From NCBI GenBank assembly GCA_963807015.1, contig CAWEAS010000012.1, forward strand, positions 143,277-207,276: a stretch of DNA of 64,000 nucleotides, written 5' to 3'. The notes beneath the pieces are model-generated. The model searched no databases, was not told the DNA's origin, and was given only the letters and a program-made list of their open reading frames with translations. This DNA is from an uncultured Alphaproteobacteria bacterium (lineage in GTDB: Bacteria > Pseudomonadota > Alphaproteobacteria > Rhizobiales > Xanthobacteraceae). Within the stretch, counting starts at the first letter, position 1, and each line of letters opens with the position of its first letter. Position numbers and translations under genes: made by a program. Below are positions 51,645 to 61,057 of the stretch, in pieces.

Positions 51645-51775
51645 CATCGTGCACTGCGCGATCGGAGCGCGACCCATCCAAAGACCACCATCGAAACCGA
51701 ATGACGATGGGACGCTAGCAAGCGCAGTCAATCATTCAGCGGAGCAGCAGCGTTTAGCTTACGGTGCCGACACAG

Positions 51776-52438
51776 TTATTTGCTCTCGCTACTCATGACA
51801 ATTCGATGAACCGAAAGGACCTTCGCAGTGGGGAATTCCAAAATCTTCTTCGGGTTGTATTGTTCGAGGCGCAACTTTTTTGAGTCTTGCGACACGAAGC
51901 GCTTCACATACGCACGCGGCGCTTCACTCTCTGGGGCCGAGATCTGCGCTACAACAAAGGCGCCTTTGCTGATCGGTTGACGCGGGTTAACGAACACAGT
52001 CTCGCCGGCGAAGTATCGCGGCTCCATAAAATCGCCAACCACATAGACGGCATAGGCGTCAGGAACATTCGATAGATTGGCGGGTGCAACGACTTCGGTA
52101 ACTTGGTTGCCGGTCAGGATGAACTCGTCATCCTTACCGCCGATTGCCTGACCATAAATTGGAATCCACCGGTCGAACTTTAATCCGCCCGCGACAACAG
52201 CTTTCGACAGGGCTGCGCCCGTTGCTGTCTTTGGTCCAGCGATCTTGAGCTGTCGTTCGTCGACCTTCAAAATCTCGGCTACTTGACCCCGCACGTCCTC
52301 GGGCAAGCGACCTGGGACGCCACGTCTGACGAACTGCTGAAAATAGGCATGATTCTTTCCAACGCGAAGCGACAGCTCGGACAACGAAAGGCCGAGCTCG
52401 GCGATACGGGAAACGATGAGAGCGCGAACAGGATCCAT
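51776..52438 (-). CDS. phage CI/LexA-like repressor (XRE HTH plus S24 peptidase domain) with Ser-to-Phe in the catalytic GDSM motif
   Basis: N-terminal HTH and C-terminal S24 fold. GDFMEP occupies the GDSM nucleophile position. The Lys (YVKRF) is retained. Confidence 0.7.
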   Translation of the reverse strand: MDPVRALIVSRIAELGLSLSELSLRVGKNHAYFQQFVRRGVPGRLPEDVRGQVAEILKVDERQLKIAGPKTATGAALSKAVVAGGLKFDRWIPIYGQAIGGKDDEFILTGNQVTEVVAPANLSNVPDAYAVYVVGDFMEPRYFAGETVFVNPRQPISKGAFVVAQISAPESEAPRAYVKRFVSQDSKKLRLEQYNPKKILEFPTAKVLSVHRIVMSSESK

Positions 52439-52861
52439 TGGATGGAATATACATGATTGACATCGGCTTTGTAGATAGGAATTTCACGTGAGGCTTAAGG
52501 AAGCGGCCTACCGATTCCATTGGCTTTAGAATTCCTATTCACCCTGCGCGGCCTTGCATTTGTCAGCGATAGTTGCAGCTGGGAATTCCCACAATTCTTT
52601 GTCCCGCATCACTGGATTCACCAACCATCAGTAAATCATCGACAGATCGCCGCAAACCAATCACACAAAGACCATAACTTCTTTTTTCCCTTATTTTCGG
52701 AACTTGCTGTCCGGGCGTTGACTCTGTGCGCCTCACGTTGAGGCAAGCGAGGAAAAGCCGCTCGGAAAACGCCCACGCGTGTCAGCGGACTTGTGCCCGC
52801 AAGAAATCGAGACCCGCGCCGGCGCGATTGGTAGTGCGTACGCGCATGGCGGAGGCGGGAT

Positions 52862-53038
52862 ATGACTGATCAAAGCGATCGGGAGGCGATGACAAAAGCT
52901 TGGACCTACGCGGTCCTTGACGCGCTCGAAGCGGCTGACGAAAAAACAAGACTGGAGATTGTGCGCATCATATGTCCAGCGGGGTTTGTTGTAGTACCGC
53001 GGCACCGCCCAGAATCAATAAAGAAACGCAAGAACTAG
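52862..53038 (+). CDS. small hypothetical protein (58 aa), below the ORF-track length cut-off
   Basis: GGAGGCGGG RBS 5 nt before the ATG. Translation MTDQSDREAMTKAWTYAVLDALEAADEKTRLEIVRIICPAGFVVVPRHRPESIKKRKN. Confidence 0.3.
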   Translation: MTDQSDREAMTKAWTYAVLDALEAADEKTRLEIVRIICPAGFVVVPRHRPESIKKRKN

Positions 53039-53395
53039 CTCCATTGGTGCTACCTCGGAACCACCGTTAAGCGGTAACATGTTGCTGTTATCCGCTAGGC
53101 GGCGGATAACCCTCTGTCAGCCATCACCGCTCGCGGGCCGCGCGGCACTGCACAAGAAGATCGGCAAGCGGCAGCTCATTTCCTACAACGCTATGACCCG
53201 GTGGGCCCTGCGGCTGAGCATCTGGAAGCGCCCGGTATTCTTCATCATCGGCAGCCGCAAGCAGCATATAGGGCTCAAACGGCAGGACTATCCCGTCAGA
53301 GTGATCAGGTATAAGTAAGATCGAAGTAGGAACTCGACAAATCCAATAGATGCCGTCGGCAGCGCTCGCTTTGTCGAATCGGTAGGGGCGTCAGT

Positions 53396-53803
53396 TCAGC
53401 GGCTTGCAGTCGGAGTGCGCAGTGGCCGTTTTATTGAAGAGACCGCGCCCGGCCGCTTCGGGCCCTTAAGCGCGGCCTCGAGATCCTGCAGATTTCTCCG
53501 GGCCGCTGCCACAGCGTCTTCCTCAATGGTCCGATAGCGTGACACCAGCTTTTTTCCGAAGGGCGTAAGTGTCGCCCCTCCTCCATGGGCGCCTCCCGGC
53601 TGCGCCTCCACCACCGGATCGCGAAAGCAATTGTTCATGTCGTCGACCAAGAGCCAAGCCCGACGATAAGACATTCCGAGCTTCCGCCCCGCCTGGGAGA
53701 TCGATCCAGTGCTCTCGATCGCCTCCAGGAGGCGGATCTTGCCGGGGCCTAAGGCGCGTCCGGCGCCGAGGTCCACTCTTAGCGTCAGTCTTGGCGTATC
53801 CAT
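53396..53803 (-). CDS. ModE-N-terminal-domain-like winged-helix transcriptional regulator
   Basis: LLEAIESTGSISQAGRKLGMSYRRAWLLVDDMN is a ModE/LysR-type N-terminal HTH signature. No TOBE domains. Confidence 0.55.
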   Translation of the reverse strand: MDTPRLTLRVDLGAGRALGPGKIRLLEAIESTGSISQAGRKLGMSYRRAWLLVDDMNNCFRDPVVEAQPGGAHGGGATLTPFGKKLVSRYRTIEEDAVAAARRNLQDLEAALKGPKRPGAVSSIKRPLRTPTASR

Positions 53804-54228
53804 CTTTCGTCGCTTTCGAAGACGTATGACAGTCTAGCACGGTTTCCCGCGCAACGGTGCGCAAGTTAGCGTGCAACAGCCGTGCTCGAAATTGTACGAG
53901 CGTCCGCGCCGCCGATTAAGCCGCGACGTCCTTCATCAGATCAGACATAGGCCCGTTTGTCGGCACGGCCGGTTAGCTGACTTGGTTGAAACGCGCCTGC
54001 AATTGTCCCCGCCTTGCTGGCCAAGAGCCCCTTAGGTGCAAAGCAACAGAAAGACGAAAGAGCAATATTTGCTCGCTCACGGGTTTAGCTAACCGGTGAT
54101 CGTAAGCTAAATGGAGGCTCGGAGCTGTGAACTCAGGTCCCCTCCAGTTACTGCGTCGGTGAAGGCAGCTGCCGTGCAAGAGGGAAAGGATCGGCTAAGG
54201 CGCTGCTGCGCGCCTGCGGGACGCGCGT

Positions 54229-54381
54229 TTAGAGGCGCACGTCGACCCCATCCTTACGGACGATCAGCAGATATCCGTCGTGCTTGATCTCGTGAACCCA
54301 ATCCGCCCCCGTGGGCAGTGCTGTGCGCTCGATCGGTTGGGCAGGCACGATGAACCCGGCCGGGAGGCTACGCGATACCAT
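54229..54381 (-). pseudogene. remnant of ATP-dependent DNA ligase (LigD-type ligase domain N-terminus)
   Basis: 50-codon ORF MVSRSLPAGFIVPAQPIERTALPTGADWVHEIKHDGYLLIVRKDGVDVRL followed by a stop. EIKHDGY is the adenylation motif-I context of ATP-dependent ligases. The rest of the gene is absent. Confidence 0.45.
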
Positions 54382-54432
54382 AACCCTCAATTATGCTGAG
54401 CGATCCGAGCCCACAAGCCTGAGCGAAGCCTG

Positions 54433-54618
54433 ATGCATATCTCTGAGTGTCCCAATTGTCGTGTGCCGATGGAGCTCAAGGAGCGCCACCCTTTTTTGTC
54501 AGGGCGAGACATGGTGGTCGTGAGATTCGAATGCCGGAAGTGCGGTTGCGAGAGCATGCAATCGCGTCCGGATGATCAGGCTCGCTCCTGGTGGCAGAGG
54601 TTATGGAGCCGGAAGTAG
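54433..54618 (+). CDS. small zinc-ribbon protein (CxxC-n19-CxxC)
   Basis: CPNC ... CRKCGC. 61 aa. Confidence 0.35.
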   Translation: MHISECPNCRVPMELKERHPFLSGRDMVVVRFECRKCGCESMQSRPDDQARSWWQRLWSRK

Positions 54619-54667
54619 ATGTCACCGGGTCCATATTTTTAAGCCAGCATCGCGTACTATTGTTCAC

Positions 54668-55048
54668 ATGGGCATCCGCACACGCCGTCCTGAAATGCTC
54701 GCGACCTGGCGCAGCCGCGCCGAGGAGAAGGCCGCGCGTGAAGAGGCGCGGCGCATTGTCGAACGTTGGAATCGCGCCCTGACGGCCGGCCGCGGCACTC
54801 TAGGGTCGCCGACGATCCGCGCAGCATTGATGGCCGGAATGCCTTGGCTCGACCTCCATTGCCCGGGGTGCCAAACAAGCCGTGCGATCGACATCCGGAC
54901 GATCGATCATCACCCGCTCGCCTCGGTCGGAAGCCTCGTGCTGGGGCTGCGGTGCACTTGGTGCGGTAGCTCTGCGCCGATGCCGCGGCTCGCTGGGCTG
55001 TTTGCGCTGCCGCCGAGGATCGCCGACAGCGAGACAACCCATGCCTGA
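54668..55048 (+). CDS. small zinc-ribbon protein (CxxC-n30-CxxC)
   Basis: CPGC ... CTWC. Start placed at MGIRTRRPEML. Overlaps the next ORF (ATGCCTGA). Confidence 0.4.
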   Translation: MGIRTRRPEMLATWRSRAEEKAAREEARRIVERWNRALTAGRGTLGSPTIRAALMAGMPWLDLHCPGCQTSRAIDIRTIDHHPLASVGSLVLGLRCTWCGSSAPMPRLAGLFALPPRIADSETTHA

Positions 55049-55385
55049 CGGGAGAAGCCGCAACGGTGTACGCACCCTCGCGTGGGAGTGCCGGACGCGC
55101 CGCAGACAAGAGAGCAAAACCAACTTGGAAATTCGACTGAACGGGGAGCCGCGCGCCGGCGAGACCTTCGAGTTTGTCGTTTCATCAAACCAGCGACTTG
55201 CTCGCGTGACGACTTACATCGGTCGTGCGCGCGTCTGGGAAATGGGTTCGGTTAAGCCCCCGCACATTCAGCGAATCTTCATCTCGCTACAGTGGGCGGG
55301 ACGGACCCTGCTGATAAGGGTCTTCGATAACATCGGCAACACCGCCAAGACGCAGCGCACCATCGGCGCGGCAACACTCGAATGA
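55041..55385 (+). CDS. hypothetical protein, translationally coupled
   Basis: 114 aa. Start overlaps the upstream stop and its own stop overlaps the next start (ATGA). Confidence 0.4.
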   Translation: MPDGRSRNGVRTLAWECRTRRRQESKTNLEIRLNGEPRAGETFEFVVSSNQRLARVTTYIGRARVWEMGSVKPPHIQRIFISLQWAGRTLLIRVFDNIGNTAKTQRTIGAATLE

Positions 55386-55615
55386 AGCTCGTACCCGGCA
55401 AATCCTATCTGTGCGTCAAGTGCCGTGTGTGCAGTCACCTCACTGCGTTTGATGACAGCGGCGAACCGCTGCCGGCGATGAGCCCGGCCGAAGCGCAGGA
55501 GTTTCGCATCGAGCTCCCGTGCGATAGGTGCCGAACTCCAGGAGCCTGGAACGGTAACGAGATTGTTCAGTTGAATATGCGCTTGAAGCCGGACGCCGAC
55601 GGCGCAGAGACATGA
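55382..55615 (+). CDS. small zinc-ribbon protein (CxxCxxC-n28-CxxC)
   Basis: CVKCRVC ... CDRC. 77 aa. Confidence 0.4.
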   Translation: MKLVPGKSYLCVKCRVCSHLTAFDDSGEPLPAMSPAEAQEFRIELPCDRCRTPGAWNGNEIVQLNMRLKPDADGAET

Positions 55616-55707
55616 CGAACACCGCAATATCCCGGTAATCGCAGCAACATCTGCCAAGACGATCTCGACCGCCCACCACATGTGCAGAGGGGGCGAGGAG
55701 AACAGCA

Positions 55708-55995
55708 ATGAGGTCGAAGATCAATTTTCTGCTTTTGGTCACCGTCCTGGTGGTGTGCGGCTCTGCCGCAGCTTACGCGCAAACAACGCCGGTGCGCTCC
55801 AACGCTCACCGATCCTACCGTAGCGGTCCGTTGTATTCCGCCCCGAACTCTACCTACTACGGTTACGGCGGGCGGGGCCCTGCGATTTCCAGTTACGACG
55901 GGCGGGATCCAGCAAGCCGGCCGTACAACTATCGCGGATATGCCGATCAGGGCTACGCGCCACCGGAGCGCGGAGGGCAAGCCAGTAACTTTTGA
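55708..55995 (+). CDS. small secreted Tyr/Gly/Arg-rich protein
   Basis: GAGGAG RBS. Signal peptide MRSKINFLLLVTVLVVCGSAAAYA. Y/G-rich low-complexity mature region. Confidence 0.45.
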   Translation: MRSKINFLLLVTVLVVCGSAAAYAQTTPVRSNAHRSYRSGPLYSAPNSTYYGYGGRGPAISSYDGRDPASRPYNYRGYADQGYAPPERGGQASNF

Positions 55996-56790
55996 TGGAC
56001 CGATGGACCGACGACGGAGCGCGGCGAATATCGCGAAGCTACCGGCGCTGTTGCAGCGGTGAGGCGAGCGCGTGGCTGATCCTTTTACTGCAACGTTGGC
56101 GTCGCCATGCCGCCGACGCTGCTGGGCCGCGCGACGAGGTATTCGAATGATCGGGTAAGGACCGGTATGAGTCACAGGCGGCTGTCGCAGCAATATCCGC
56201 GGTTGGTCAGCTTGTCGCTCAATAACGGTCGCGGCGCAAGTTGCAGCGGGACGGCGGTAAGGACCAATACCGACCATGCGTGATTGCTATTGCGCCAAAG
56301 GAGACTCGCCAGCGGGCGACACTTCGATTCCGAGTAAGTTGGCGCGATCGATAGCTAGCTGCACAATTCCGGAGCGCTTGGCGTCTTCAATGAATTCGGT
56401 GACGTATGCGAGGCGTTCCCTGTGGCCCTTGGGGATTATGTAAATCAGCAACGAACTCGGACCCCTCTCCAATTCGAGGTAGCGAATTGATGTAGCTCTC
56501 AATTTCAACATCGAGTGGGGTCCCGATCAGCGCCGATCGAGACCCCACCGTTCGGCCGACTTCCTATGAATAATCAACCCAGTAGGGCCAAATATGCCAG
56601 GGTCCCACTTCGGCGCTGATTCACACGTGCCGACGCCTACGGGCGCCAGCCGCCTCAACGGTCGAGCGACCCGTGCCGCGTGTAGTGGCCTACGGTGACA
56701 ATAACTGGAGGGAGGCGGCGCCGCATCCACACTTGGTCAGCCATCTGGCGCAGGTGGACTTTTCCAAAGTCCGCCTGTTGAATACGGCGT

Positions 56791-57852
56791 ATGCGCAATC
56801 TCATCGTGTGGGACATCGAAACGGTCCCTGACCTGAAAGGTTTCGCGGCTACGAACGGCCATGTCGTCAAGAGGTGCACGGAAATCTCCCGTCGCGACTC
56901 ATTGCGCCTGGCTGCGGGAGCTGCAGTGCTGTCGGCCCTGCCGCAGGCTTCGCTAGCGCAAGACTATCCGGCCAAGCCAATCCGACTGATCGTAGGCTTT
57001 GAGCCTGGAACCGCACCGGACGTAGTGGCCCGCTTGCTCGGGCGAAAGCTCGCCCAGCAGCTCGGCCAGCCGGTCGTCATTGAAAACCACGCTGGTGCAT
57101 CGGGCAATATCGCGGCCGAGCTCGTCGCTCGTGCGACGCCGGACGGATACACGCTGCTTGAGCTCACCTCGGTGAACTCATGGAATGTCGCGCTGTTCGA
57201 CAATCTCAAATTCGATTTGCTCCGGGACTTCGCGCCGATTGCCACGATCTATCGCGGGATCGGCGTCGTGGTCGTGCAACCGTCGTCTCCTGTGAAAACG
57301 CTCGGCGATTTGATCGCAACCGCAAAGGCCAATCCCGGCAAGCTTCAGATGGGATCGGCCGGCGTCGGCACGCCGCAGCATCTCTACGGCGAGATGTTCA
57401 TGCACATGACCGGCACCGACATGCTGCATGTGCCATATCGCGGCGGCGGCCGCGCGCTCGCCGATCTTCTCGGCGGCTACGTCGATGTGCTGTTTGATAC
57501 GCTGGTGACGTCAATCGAGCACATTCGGTCGAACGAGCTTCGACCCTTGGCGGTCACGTCGAAAAGCCGTGCCAAGCTGCTGCCCGACGTTCCCGCTATT
57601 GCGGAATTTGTGCCGGACTATGAAGCGGACGGCTGGCAGGGAATCGCGGCGCCGGCAAACACGCCGACAGTAATTGTCGACATGCTCAACCGACAGGTCA
57701 GTGCGGCTCTCGCCGATCCGAATTTCACAGCGAGGATCGCTGATTTCGGCGGCGTGCCGTTTGCGACCTCGCCGGCGGAGTTCCGAAGTTTTGTCGCCGA
57801 GTTCACGGCCAAGTGGCGCCGCGTCATCAGCTCCGCCAACATCAAGTTGTAG
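56791..57852 (+). CDS. Bug/TctC-family substrate-binding protein whose 5' end is fused in frame to the first 24 codons of a 3'-5' exonuclease-like gene
   Basis: MRNLIVWDIETVPDLKGFAATNGH (Exo-I DIET motif) then runs without a stop into a Tat-like RRDSLRLAAGAAVLSALPQASLA and TctC motifs (IENHAGASGNIAAE). Confidence 0.7.
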   Translation: MRNLIVWDIETVPDLKGFAATNGHVVKRCTEISRRDSLRLAAGAAVLSALPQASLAQDYPAKPIRLIVGFEPGTAPDVVARLLGRKLAQQLGQPVVIENHAGASGNIAAELVARATPDGYTLLELTSVNSWNVALFDNLKFDLLRDFAPIATIYRGIGVVVVQPSSPVKTLGDLIATAKANPGKLQMGSAGVGTPQHLYGEMFMHMTGTDMLHVPYRGGGRALADLLGGYVDVLFDTLVTSIEHIRSNELRPLAVTSKSRAKLLPDVPAIAEFVPDYEADGWQGIAAPANTPTVIVDMLNRQVSAALADPNFTARIADFGGVPFATSPAEFRSFVAEFTAKWRRVISSANIKL

Positions 57853-60730
57853 GCGCCATCTTCAGCCCCTTCAACAGGCGTTCGGCGGCCTGAAGGTCGG
57901 CGGTCTCCGCACCCTCGGTAAATTGCTCGAACACCGGCTGCAACAGCGCGAGCGCTTCCCTGGCGCGTTTCTGACCGGCCCACAGCGCGGCGAGATCGGT
58001 CGCGGTGCGAAGCTCCCAGGCGCGCGAACCATGAACGCGGCTCAATTGGAGCGACTGCATGAGGCACTTTTCGGCATCCTTGGTGCGCGACTTCGGCATG
58101 GCCAGCAGAATGCTGCCTTTCAAGCGTAGCAGCTCAGGAAGGTATGTGGTGTCTTCCTTGGTCTCGATCAGCCGGAGCGTTTCGTCGATCAGTGTCATGG
58201 CTTCGGCGGATCGCCCGCTGGCCGCAAGGCCGCGGGCGAGCATGATATGGAACCGTGTCGTGAAGCGGTCGTAGCGCGCCGCATGAAGCTTCGCCAAAGC
58301 ATTCTGCAGCAGTTCAACGCCCGCGTCAGCTTCACCTCGGCGGATGGCGAGCTCGCCTTTCAGGCCTTGAGCCAGATCGAGATAGGTCCGGAAAAAATGC
58401 GCCTCCGCCCGCAAGATAAATGAATTCAAACGCTGCTCGACGGTATCGAGTTCGCCGATCCACAACAACACTACAATGGCGTTCAGCATGATCGCGAACG
58501 ACACCGGATCGTCGATCTTCTCGACATCCTTAATGGCCTGATGAGCGAGCGCTATCGCCTGCGCCGGATACCCCTGCAGCCAAAGGGTCGTGGTCAGCGT
58601 GATGATGGCCCAGCTCGCGTGGTCAAAGCCGAAATAGACCGTGCGGATCGTCTGCGACCCCCGTTTAGGGCCGAGCGCGGCGTCCAACTCCGCCCTGGCG
58701 CCGTTGATATCACCCATGGCGTGCAGCGAGATCCCCATGAGCGTATGCGCCAGCGCGGTCGCGCCCGCGTCGCCCAGCGAGGCAGCGATCTCGGAACCGC
58801 GTTTTGCATATTGGAGGGCAATCTTAAAATCGCCACCACGAAAGTGGAACATATGAAGCGGGCCGAGCAATCGCACCTCATTGAGAAGATCGCTGCGCGC
58901 TCTGGCCACATCGAGGCTTCTCTCCAATGCCGTGCGCACTACGTCGCTGTGGCCTCGGATGAACATCAACGACAGACCCCACGACGCCTGGAGCTGCATC
59001 TCCTCAGCTCCGCCACGAGTCGTAGCGTCGAGGGCGAGCAGCGCGCGATCGGACCAACGCTGGCATTCGGGCAACAGCGACATCGCCAGGAAAATGGGCA
59101 TCGCAGCCGCGGCAAGCCCGATGCCGGTCTCGACATTGCCGTTCTGGCCAAAACACCATTCCAAAGCCGCGCGGACATTGTTGAGCGCGGCAAAGTGCGG
59201 CGACCGCTCTGTGCCGGTCGCCAAGGTCGACCATTCGGCCCCGGCCTGCTCGAGCCAACGCCGATAATAGGTCGCATGGCGCACGGCCAGATCGGCCAAC
59301 TCAGCGTCATCGATTTCTATGTCGAGGGCGTAAGCACGCGTCGTGTCGAGCAGACGATAGCGCACCGTCGCCCCGATCGGCCGGGTGGCCACCATAGACT
59401 TGGCGACGAGGCTGTCGATCGCACCGACCACCGCTGACTGATCGAGCTTGGCGCAGGTGACGACCTCCAGCGCCGCATCGAGCGTGAAATGTCCGACGAA
59501 CACCGCAAGCCTGCGCAGCACCACGCGTTCGAGATCGGACAAAAGCTCATAGCTCCAGTCGAGCGTGGCTTGTAACGTCTTCTGGCGCGGCGGCGCGGTG
59601 CGCGAGCCATGCCACAGCAATGTCAGATGCTGATCGAGAAGCGCTGCGGTCTGCTGCAAGCCGTAGGATTCGACGCGTCGCGCCGCGAGCTCGATCGCAA
59701 GCGCCACGCCGTCAAGTTTGCGGCAGATGTCGGCCAGAATGGAAGCGGCCACATCGTTGATCTCCAAACAGGCGCCGCTCGCGGCCGCACGCTCCATGAA
59801 CAGCTGGACCGCCGGAAACTCCTGAATCGCCGCCGCGGTGAGTCCCGGTGCGTCCGGCGGACAGGCCAACGCACCGAGCCGGCACACGTGTTCGCCGTCG
59901 ACCCGCAGCGCCTCGCGGCTTGTGGCCAAGATGTGGACCTGCGGCGCGGCGTCCATGATGCTCTCGGCGAGCGCCGCAACCACTTCGACCAGATGCTCGC
60001 AGGTGTCGAGGATCAGGAGAATGCGGCGGTCGCGCAGATAGCCCATCAGACTCGGACGCACGTCGTCGGACTGAACCGACAGGCCCAGCATGGAGGCCAC
60101 GGCCGTGGTCACCAATCTGGGATCGCTCAGCATCCCGAGATCGACGAAGAGCACGGCGCCGTGAAATGCCTCGACCAATTGATGTCCCACCGCGATGGCG
60201 ACCGTGGTCTTGCCGACGCCACCCGGGCCGACGACCGTAACGAAGCGCGACGCGGTCAACTGCGTCGACAATTTGAGAACGTCGTCGTCGCGACCGACCA
60301 TCCGGCCAAGGCGGTTGGGTAGATTGGCATGCGGAAAATGCACAGCCGCGACCGGTGCCGCGTCAGCGACGGGTGTCGCTTGGCGCGAGCTGTCGGCCTT
60401 TGAGACCGGCGCCACGAAGCAGTAGCCGCGCCCCACGAGCGTCGTGATGTAGCGCGCTCCATCCTTTCCGTCGCCCAGCGCCTTGCGCAGACTGGCCATG
60501 TGAAACCGCAAGCTGCCTTCTTCGACGGTGATGTCGGGCCAAACTCGTGACATCAAATCATTCTTGCCGACGACTTCATTCGGCGTGGAGATGAGCACAA
60601 TCAAAATGTCGAGCGCGCGCGCTCCCAGATCGACCGCGACGCCCTCTCTCGTGAGGAGCCTTTCGCTGACCAATAAATTGAAAGGACCAAACGAGAGCCG
60701 GTCCTTGGGCTGGTTTGACACTGTCGCCAT
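57842..60730 (-). CDS. STAND-class regulator: OmpR/CadC-type winged-helix DNA-binding domain plus NB-ARC/AAA ATPase plus TPR repeats
   Basis: N-terminal wHTH (LRFHMASLRKALGDG), P-loop GPGGVGKTT, and a long helical TPR-like C-terminal half. 962 aa. Confidence 0.75.
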   Translation of the reverse strand: MATVSNQPKDRLSFGPFNLLVSERLLTREGVAVDLGARALDILIVLISTPNEVVGKNDLMSRVWPDITVEEGSLRFHMASLRKALGDGKDGARYITTLVGRGYCFVAPVSKADSSRQATPVADAAPVAAVHFPHANLPNRLGRMVGRDDDVLKLSTQLTASRFVTVVGPGGVGKTTVAIAVGHQLVEAFHGAVLFVDLGMLSDPRLVTTAVASMLGLSVQSDDVRPSLMGYLRDRRILLILDTCEHLVEVVAALAESIMDAAPQVHILATSREALRVDGEHVCRLGALACPPDAPGLTAAAIQEFPAVQLFMERAAASGACLEINDVAASILADICRKLDGVALAIELAARRVESYGLQQTAALLDQHLTLLWHGSRTAPPRQKTLQATLDWSYELLSDLERVVLRRLAVFVGHFTLDAALEVVTCAKLDQSAVVGAIDSLVAKSMVATRPIGATVRYRLLDTTRAYALDIEIDDAELADLAVRHATYYRRWLEQAGAEWSTLATGTERSPHFAALNNVRAALEWCFGQNGNVETGIGLAAAAMPIFLAMSLLPECQRWSDRALLALDATTRGGAEEMQLQASWGLSLMFIRGHSDVVRTALERSLDVARARSDLLNEVRLLGPLHMFHFRGGDFKIALQYAKRGSEIAASLGDAGATALAHTLMGISLHAMGDINGARAELDAALGPKRGSQTIRTVYFGFDHASWAIITLTTTLWLQGYPAQAIALAHQAIKDVEKIDDPVSFAIMLNAIVVLLWIGELDTVEQRLNSFILRAEAHFFRTYLDLAQGLKGELAIRRGEADAGVELLQNALAKLHAARYDRFTTRFHIMLARGLAASGRSAEAMTLIDETLRLIETKEDTTYLPELLRLKGSILLAMPKSRTKDAEKCLMQSLQLSRVHGSRAWELRTATDLAALWAGQKRAREALALLQPVFEQFTEGAETADLQAAERLLKGLKMAPTT

Positions 60731-61057
60731 GGCGTCGCCGATACGCAGACGTCCCCGCCGAATTTTAGGTCATGATCTGCCCTTGTTCCATAGGGGCGAT
60801 CGGCTTTGCCGCCAACCGGCATGCTCAAACCTGATTAAAAGATGTGCGCCACTAACAGCGGCTAACAGCACCTGACAACGCATAACGGGCGTTTTCTCAT
60901 TCGCAGGCGTAACTGTTGGCGCGCAGATACAGCCGAGCACGGCGCCTGGACAATTTGAAATCGAATTTCTCGATCCGAGCGCGGAAGGTCCGCCCGCAAG
61001 TGTTCGGGCCTGCAGTAACGAGTGCCGGAACGGTCGGAAGGAATTTTGGAACGCACC

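Noticed and set aside
53079-53318. 79-aa ORF (MLLLSARRRITLCQPS...VIRYK)
   Set aside because: No RBS, basic low-complexity composition, no recognisable motif. Possibly non-coding.
56287-56511. 74-aa minus-strand ORF (MLKLRATSIRYLELERG...)
   Set aside because: No RBS or motif and sits in a remnant-rich stretch. Could be a gene fragment, but there is nothing to support a call.
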